NCBI GenBank assembly: GCA_045597005.1
Contig: JAZODJ010000022.1
Coordinates: forward strand, 51,379-115,378
From: Alphaproteobacteria bacterium
GTDB lineage: Bacteria; Pseudomonadota; Alphaproteobacteria; RF32; CAG-239
Reading direction: 5' to 3'
DNA: 64,000 nucleotides
Shown here piece after piece: positions 59,063 through 64,000 of this stretch. Below the pieces are notes generated by a model, which saw only the letters and a list, made by a program, of their open reading frames with translations, was not told the origin of the DNA and searched no databases. Each line of letters begins with the position of its first letter. Position 1 is the first letter of the stretch. The position numbers and the translations under genes were made by a program.

Positions 59063-61175
59063 TTAAAACAAACTCAAGATACTTTGTGCGGATTGTGATG
59101 CCAGCGAGAGTGAGTTTGTTGCCAACTGTTGGCGCGTCTGCAACGCCAAATAATTTGCCGATTCTTCATTCATATCTGCCAACACCAGATTATCAGCACC
59201 GGTTTCCAAGACATCAATAAGCGCATCGGTAAAATTTTGCCTTGTTTGAATCAGTTGATATTGATTGCCGAATGCCTCGGAATATTCGCGCAATTTGTTT
59301 ATTGCCAACACCAACTCGTCCAAAGCTTGTTCAACATCAGCAACACTTTTCCAATCGACAGTTTTTAGCCCTATTGCATCATACTTGGCATCAACTCCTG
59401 ACACCTCGATATTATGAACTCGCGATTCATTTAATGTTACGCTCAATTTACCATTATTCAACAAATTGATTCCCTGATACGACGTATCTTTTATCATATC
59501 ATCATAATTGCTCAATATCTTCAAATATTGCTCGCCGAAATTATCCGCCAAACTATCGTCGCTGATAATTTCGGAGCCGGCTCCGCCGGCATAAGATACC
59601 GCACTTGCCACTACAATACTTCCCATAGACTTCATTGCTGTTAATAATGCTGAGGCATTATAATTCGTTATTGCCGTAATATCTTCTGTATATTTCGCAC
59701 TTGTTGCCCAATATGTATTGGTGGTCGAACCGCCGTACGGATTGTCGGCATTAAAATTGCCCGTTGAACTTGTACTGCTGAATGTTAAATCCTTGAGGTT
59801 AACTATCTTTACTGAACCGTCGTTATTTACTGCACATACTATACCGACTGCCGTTTTGCTTCCGTCATAATCATCAGCCGATCCCCAAGTTTTATCACTG
59901 TACATAACATCGCCAATTTGTGGGGCAGCTCCGCTGCCACCGCCACCTACGGTGCCGGAAAGGGTTGAAGGGTTAAAGCAATTTTCTAAAAGCTGGAAAC
60001 AACGGACGAGGGTTAGTGTTGTTCTTATTGCCGTTGTAACGGTAACCATTACTTGTACTCAATTTCCAAGAAAAGTTATTAGATTACTCAGAAGAGGACC
60101 AATAATAACCGCTCATTTCCGATGCAACGCTTGAATCTTTAGCTGCCAAGGTGCCTAACGCATCGTTGATGACCTTCATATTACTTGTATCATAACTTGC
60201 AGCACCACTTGTTCCACTTCCTGAGGTCATTGCACTGGTATCTGTGCCATACATATCCATCAACTCACCTATTGATGGCAAATACCACGTCCCTTGATCA
60301 AACTCTCCACTCGTGCTGCCTACATAAAATTGATTAGCTGCTGTTGCTGCCAGACTATGTTCTTCTAGCTGATTTACTATTGCTTTGGTGTTTGCTTCTC
60401 CTGCATATAGATTAACTGCATCATCATTTCCATTCTGGAACATTTGAGATCCTGTTCCACTTACCTTTATATTGGATGGATTATCTATTATTACACTTCC
60501 TCCATTTAATACTTGTATTCCTTTTACATTGGTGCCACTGGCTTCTATTATCAAATTCGATATTTCTGCAATTGAATCTGCCCCATCTACTACTATCGCA
60601 GAACCTCCACTTGCGGAATTATAAACTAGCTTATGTCCATTACCTTCTATTACAACGTCACTTGTTCCTATATTTAAACTCTCGCTTAGCGTTACATCTC
60701 CGGATAATACTAGCTTCGTCGCTCCGCCTGCTATAAGCGCCTCTATTTCCGAAGCTCCTGATCCTGCCGGTACTGCTGTATATCCTTCCGCTATAAAGTC
60801 TTCTATCGGGCGTGATACTACCCCACTACTTCCTTCTCCTCCTGAAACTCCGCTCTGCGATGAAGCTCCACTCTGTGACAATGCTTGCTCCACAACTGAC
60901 TTAGCTTGCTCTAAAAACGTCAAGCCGATCTCTATTCCCTCGGACGCCGCACTTAAGGTTTGTATCCCCTGTCCCATACTGTCTAATAATGAGGCCAAAT
61001 CACTCGCCCTGTTCGTTAACGCTCGTGCCTGATAATAACTACTCGCATTGTCCAATGCCGAATTTACATCCTTACCAGTAGACAAACGCTCCTGTGTCTT
61101 ATCCATTTGTGTCGAAATCGTTTTTAACGACTGCAAATTACTGCGCATACTCGAGGTTAAGGTGATCCGGTTCAT
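59063..61175 (-). pseudogene. Flagellin carrying an internal DGR variable region, currently interrupted by an in-frame TAA and a +1 frameshift
   Basis: ORF 60084..61175 starts with a flagellin N-terminal D0/D1 domain (MNRITLTSSMRSNLQSLKTISTQMDKTQERLSTGKDVNSALDNASSYYQA...). ORF 59063..60049 ends with a flagellin C-terminal domain (LDELVLAINKLREYSEAFGNQYQLIQTRQNFTDALIDVLETGADNLVLADMNEESANYLALQTRQQLATNSLSLASQSAQSILSLF). The junction is the VR. Total span is 2113 nt; removing the single extra VR nucleotide gives 2112 nt, or 704 codons in one frame. The central part has beta-helix-like repeats and a DUF1566/CLec-like module (WYLPSIGEL ... GYYWSSSE ... VRC). Confidence 0.85.
59991..60102 (-). other. 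DGR variable repeat (VR)
   Basis: The reverse complement (112 nt) is ttggtcctcttctgagtaatctaataacTTttcttggaaattgaGtacaagtaatggtTaccgtTacaacGGcaataagaacaacaCtaaccCTcgtccgttgtttccagct. Capitals mark the only differences from the TR. Confidence 0.9.
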
Positions 61176-61282
61176 TAATAAACTTTCCTAATTTAAAGAC
61201 TATCATATATATTAAAATATGCATATATTATGTTTAATAAATATTTAATTTCTACACTTTTTTTTAAGACAGAAAAAATAAT

Positions 61283-61453
61283 CCCTCCCGTCATCCTGAA
61301 CGCAGTGAAGGATCCCCCTTTTTTTCTTCTGTCACTTCGAGGAGTGACAACGACGAAGCAGTCTAAAAAGGAGTGGATTCCTTCGTCGCTATCGCGCCTC
61401 GGAATGACAGAGGGGGAAAAATCTGCCTCGCTGCAACATAAAAAAATAAAAGC
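61283..61453. repeat. REP/MITE-like units plus flanking direct repeat copy B (61328-61453), 5' side of the flagellin gene
   Basis: gtcatcctgaacgcagtgaaggatcc is followed by a 126-nt copy of the 58859-58986 repeat. Track ORFs 61193..61495(-) and 61230..61526(+) are translations of these repeats. Confidence 0.85.
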
Positions 61454-61709
61454 GAACTCGCAACAACAAAAAATTGCATTACTTAAAATAAACACCTATA
61501 AATTTGCGGATAAATTAAAAAAATAAATTTGTTTCTACAAAAATTATTCCATAATACAAAAGGCAATTTGAGCGGAGATTAAAAAGAAGTATTCGCCGGA
61601 ATTTTAATAATTATGGTTATTAAAAGTGAGCATCTTTTTATAAAAAAAGGGTCATTCACAGCAATCAAATGCTGTTAAGAACAATAGCAATGACAAAAAA
61701 CTGTTTGGC

Positions 61710-61820
61710 TTGGTCCTCTTCTGAGTAATCTAATAACAATTCTTGGAAATTGAATACAAGTAATGGTAACCGTAACAACAACAATAAGAACAACAATAAC
61801 CACGTCCGTTGTTTCCAGCT
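61710..61820 (+). other. DGR template repeat (TR)
   Basis: 111 nt: ttggtcctcttctgagtaatctaataacaattcttggaaattgaatacaagtaatggtaaccgtaacaacaacaataagaacaacaataaccacgtccgttgtttccagct. In the target's frame it is rich in AAC/AAT codons (S N N N S W K L N T S N G N R N N N N K N N N N H V R C). It lies 47 nt upstream of the RT start. Confidence 0.9.
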
Positions 61821-61867
61821 CTTTTTATAAATAGACATCAGATACTAACAAACGTTGTAAGAAACAA

Positions 61868-63166
61868 ATGACCTTATTTGACCCCGAAAATACTGCATTA
61901 ACTTGTCAAATACCTCTTGAAGAGGTTTTTAATGCTTATTACGAATGTCGACGCAACAAACGTCGCACAGTCAACGCTTTGGCATTTGAGCTTAATTTTG
62001 AACACGAACTGATTCGTTTGTGGCAAGAAATTAATACCAACAAATACAAAATCGGCCGTTCAATTGCCTTTGTTATAAAACATCCGGTACAACGTGAAGT
62101 ATTTGCAGCCAATTTTCGCGACCGAATAGTACACCATTTGGTTATATCTAAAATCAATCACCTATTTGAAGAAGAATTTATCCCAACAAGCTATAGTTGC
62201 CGCGAAGGGAAAGGTGTTTTATATGGGGGCAAAAATATCAAAGCACAAATGAAAGATTGTTCCGAAAACTACACCAAAGATTGCTACATCTTAAAACTGG
62301 ACATACGTTCATTCTTTATGAGTATCAACAAAAATATTCTTTATCAACGCTTACATGCATTTGTATCCGAAAAATATCATCAACCGGATAAACCCATCCT
62401 ATTACGACTTATAAAACAAATAATATTTTATGCTCCTGAAGATAATTGCACCATCAAAGGAAAATGGGCTGATTGGAAAGGACTTCCCTGTTATAAAAGT
62501 TTGTTTTGGTCTGAAGGACATTGCGGACTTCCTATCGGTAACCTAACGTCTCAAATATTTGCTAACTTTTATCTCAATAGCCTTGATAAATACATAACAG
62601 AAACATTAGGAATAAAACACTACGGACGATATGTCGATGATTTTATACTGATGCACCAAAACAAACAAACCTTAATAGAAGCCCACCAAAAAATCAAAAA
62701 TTTTATCTCTTCAGACCTCAAACTCTATCTTCATCCGCAAAAAGTATATTTGCAACATTATAGCAAAGGTGTAAAATTTATTGGTAGCGTTATCAAACCT
62801 CATTGCATTTATATTGGCAAACGTTCAAAAAACAACCTATACAACAAAATTTATTCCTTATTACCCCAAATGGCTAACAACGTACAAAATACTCTGGATT
62901 TATTACAACATTTCACCTCTAGCATCAATTCATATATGGGATTTATGCGACACTACAATACCTATAATCTACGATGCAAAATAACAAATCTTTTAGAAAC
63001 AACTTTTTTGGGCAACATTTTACTGCAAACCCCTAATGCCTTAAAAATTGCAATTCATAAAAATTTTACCGCAAAAGAATTAAAAAAACGCCAATTGCGA
63101 CGACAAAAACAATACCGAAAAAAATTAAAAAAACATCTACAGGAGAATATTTATGGTCTTGTATAA
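61868..63166 (+). CDS. DGR-type reverse transcriptase
   Basis: 432 aa. REVFAANFRDRIVHHLV, then LPIGNLTSQIFANFYLN (the [ILV]GxxxSQ motif that distinguishes DGR RTs from group II and retron RTs), and the catalytic GRYVDDFIL. There is no endonuclease or maturase extension. TR lies immediately upstream. Confidence 0.9.
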   Translation: MTLFDPENTALTCQIPLEEVFNAYYECRRNKRRTVNALAFELNFEHELIRLWQEINTNKYKIGRSIAFVIKHPVQREVFAANFRDRIVHHLVISKINHLFEEEFIPTSYSCREGKGVLYGGKNIKAQMKDCSENYTKDCYILKLDIRSFFMSINKNILYQRLHAFVSEKYHQPDKPILLRLIKQIIFYAPEDNCTIKGKWADWKGLPCYKSLFWSEGHCGLPIGNLTSQIFANFYLNSLDKYITETLGIKHYGRYVDDFILMHQNKQTLIEAHQKIKNFISSDLKLYLHPQKVYLQHYSKGVKFIGSVIKPHCIYIGKRSKNNLYNKIYSLLPQMANNVQNTLDLLQHFTSSINSYMGFMRHYNTYNLRCKITNLLETTFLGNILLQTPNALKIAIHKNFTAKELKKRQLRRQKQYRKKLKKHLQENIYGLV

Positions 63167-63491
63167 CCAACTTCCTATTTATCGAGATGCATATCAACTT
63201 TTGTTGGAAATATACCAAATAACCAACAAATTTCCTCGTGACTTCAAATATACTCTCGGACAAGATATGAAAAAAAGCTCTCTTGAACTGTTCAAAGAAT
63301 TATACAATGCAAATGTTTCTATCGAAAATCGTAAAGAATGTATCAATAGATTTTTAGCATCATTCGAACTCTTAAAAATAGAAATGCGATTATGCACAGA
63401 TTTACAAATATTATCCGTCAACAAACTGGCTCAACTTAGCTTAATTATGGATTGTATCGGCAAACAAGCTTCCGGTTGGCGTAAAAAATAA
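63153..63491 (+). CDS. avd: Avd-like accessory variability determinant (four-helix-bundle protein)
   Basis: 112 aa. LPIYRDAYQLLLEIYQITNKFPRDFKYTLGQDM ... IGKQASGWRKK follows the Avd / 23S-rRNA-intervening-sequence-protein family pattern (FP+..KY.LG ... GKQ..GW.K). aggag SD. Overlaps the RT stop by 14 nt. Confidence 0.8.
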   Translation: MVLYNQLPIYRDAYQLLLEIYQITNKFPRDFKYTLGQDMKKSSLELFKELYNANVSIENRKECINRFLASFELLKIEMRLCTDLQILSVNKLAQLSLIMDCIGKQASGWRKK

Positions 63492-63517
63492 GGGCGAAGA
63501 AATCTCTCGCCCTTTTC
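63490..63517. terminator. Bidirectional rho-independent terminator after avd
   Basis: aagggcga / agaaatctc / tcgccctt followed by a T-run, lying between avd and the convergent minus-strand ORF. Confidence 0.65.
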
Positions 63518-63531
63518 TAATAATCCGAATA

Positions 63532-64000
63532 TTATTCCGCTTGCAAAAACTTAACCTTCATTATAGCTAAGGCATTTGCCGAAATTCTGCTTATCGCATC
63601 ATAAAACACAACAAAATCATCGGCTTCTTGCAACCATTCATTAAACTGAACATTTTTTAGCAAATCTTCATTTAGCGGTTTTTTAGCTATTGCAACTGCT
63701 TTTTTTATGTCACCTCTAGCAACAAAATCATTTATAACCGCCCAAGCTCTATCTTCTTCAGAAAACACCGGCTCATTTACAACTTCATTTGTTTTATTTA
63801 TTTTTACAACTTTACTAACCTGCTGATAGATTCTTTCTTTCCAATTCAAAGAACTATCATCATTTTCAACATCTGTTTCTGAATATTTGTCCGCAAAAAT
63901 ATCAGCAAACATTCTTTGTAGTTCAATATTCGATTTTATTCCCTTTAATGAAGCTTCATTAATGATTGAAATCTCTTTTTCGATTTTATAATTACCTGAT
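63532..64000 (-). CDS. Hypothetical protein (5' end probably outside window)
   Basis: The track lists 63532..63912, but the frame stays open upstream of that Met to the window edge (...SGNYKIEKEISIINEASLKGIKSNIELQR-MFADIF). No family recognised. Confidence 0.4.
   Translation of the reverse strand, partial: SGNYKIEKEISIINEASLKGIKSNIELQRMFADIFADKYSETDVENDDSSLNWKERIYQQVSKVVKINKTNEVVNEPVFSEEDRAWAVINDFVARGDIKKAVAIAKKPLNEDLLKNVQFNEWLQEADDFVVFYDAISRISANALAIMKVKFLQAE

Larger units (their letters stand above)
59063..63491. mobile_element. Diversity-generating retroelement locus: target flagellin (VR) / TR / RT / avd
   Basis: Composite of the features above. The target is on the minus strand; TR-RT-avd are on the plus strand. 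No integrase, capsid or tail genes are adjacent, so the locus appears chromosomal rather than phage-borne within this window. Confidence 0.85.

Noticed and set aside
59063-61175. Two independent genes: a C-terminally truncated flagellin and an N-terminally truncated flagellin
   Set aside because: Neither half could polymerise alone. The break coincides with the VR, and the frames reconnect exactly when the single extra nucleotide relative to the TR is removed. The Met of the downstream ORF lies inside the VR with no SD.
61176-61330. Sigma-28 or sigma-54 promoter upstream of the flagellin start
   Set aside because: I could not find a convincing TAAA-N15-GCCGATAA or TGGCAC-N5-TTGC match by eye in the 150 nt upstream. 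Only AT-rich sequence and an aggaaag SD were seen, so no promoter is called.
61868-63166. Reverse transcriptase as a group II intron or retron RT
   Set aside because: There is no maturase/En domain and no intron RNA domain V/VI-like structure. There are no msr/msd-style inverted repeats. Motif 4 is IGNLTSQ (DGR type), and a TR/VR pair and Avd are present.
59063-63912. DGR as part of a prophage
   Set aside because: No integrase, terminase, capsid or tail genes lie within several kb on either side. The neighbours are flgB-flgC-fliE and an uncharacterised ORF. This cannot be fully excluded beyond the window edge at 64000.

Overview
This is a visibly AT-rich chromosomal segment with an Alphaproteobacteria-type gene set: mipZ, hdaA, a cckA-like hybrid kinase, and a flagellin ending in SILSLF. 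A pyruvate:ferredoxin oxidoreductase gene suggests an anaerobic or microaerophilic, possibly host-associated organism; that is inference. Most of the window is housekeeping. It holds slt, a family-4 UDG, clpX-clpP, tig, prfC, secA, nifJ/PFOR, two aminopeptidases, tsaC/sua5, nhaA, an ECF sigma module, mutT, a DD-carboxypeptidase with a SPOR domain, mipZ and pgm. It also holds a reduced dcw cluster (mraY-ftsW-murG-murB-ftsQAZ), rsmB, and four tRNAs: Leu-UAG, Gly-CCC, Gln-CUG and His-GUG. There are two flagellar blocks: fliQ-fliR-flhB, fused in an operon-like way to cckA-like/hdaA, and flgB-flgC-fliE behind a near-consensus sigma-54 promoter. The standout is at 59.0-63.5 kb: a complete diversity-generating retroelement (DGR). 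A 111-nt template repeat (TR) sits upstream of a DGR-type reverse transcriptase (IGNLTSQ, YVDD) and an overlapping Avd-like four-helix-bundle gene. The cognate 112-nt variable repeat (VR) lies on the opposite strand and differs from the TR only at TR adenines. The VR lies in the middle of a flagellin gene, between the conserved N- and C-terminal polymerisation domains, inside a DUF1566/C-type-lectin-like module. In this sequence the flagellin is split in two ways. One is an in-frame TAA that is also encoded in the TR. The other is a +1 insertion located exactly at a TR adenine. Both lesions could in principle be erased by the next round of mutagenic homing. The locus is flanked by roughly 95 percent identical 126-128 bp direct repeats built from a palindromic REP/MITE-like family. 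Secondary observations are an HNH-motif/SUKH-like gene pair coupled to tsaC, a tandem pair of divergent paralogs of unknown function, a 19-nt duplication of the tRNA-Gln 3' end, and a 25-codon hydrophobic ORF with a strong SD. All calls come from reading the sequence and ORF translations by eye; no database search was run.
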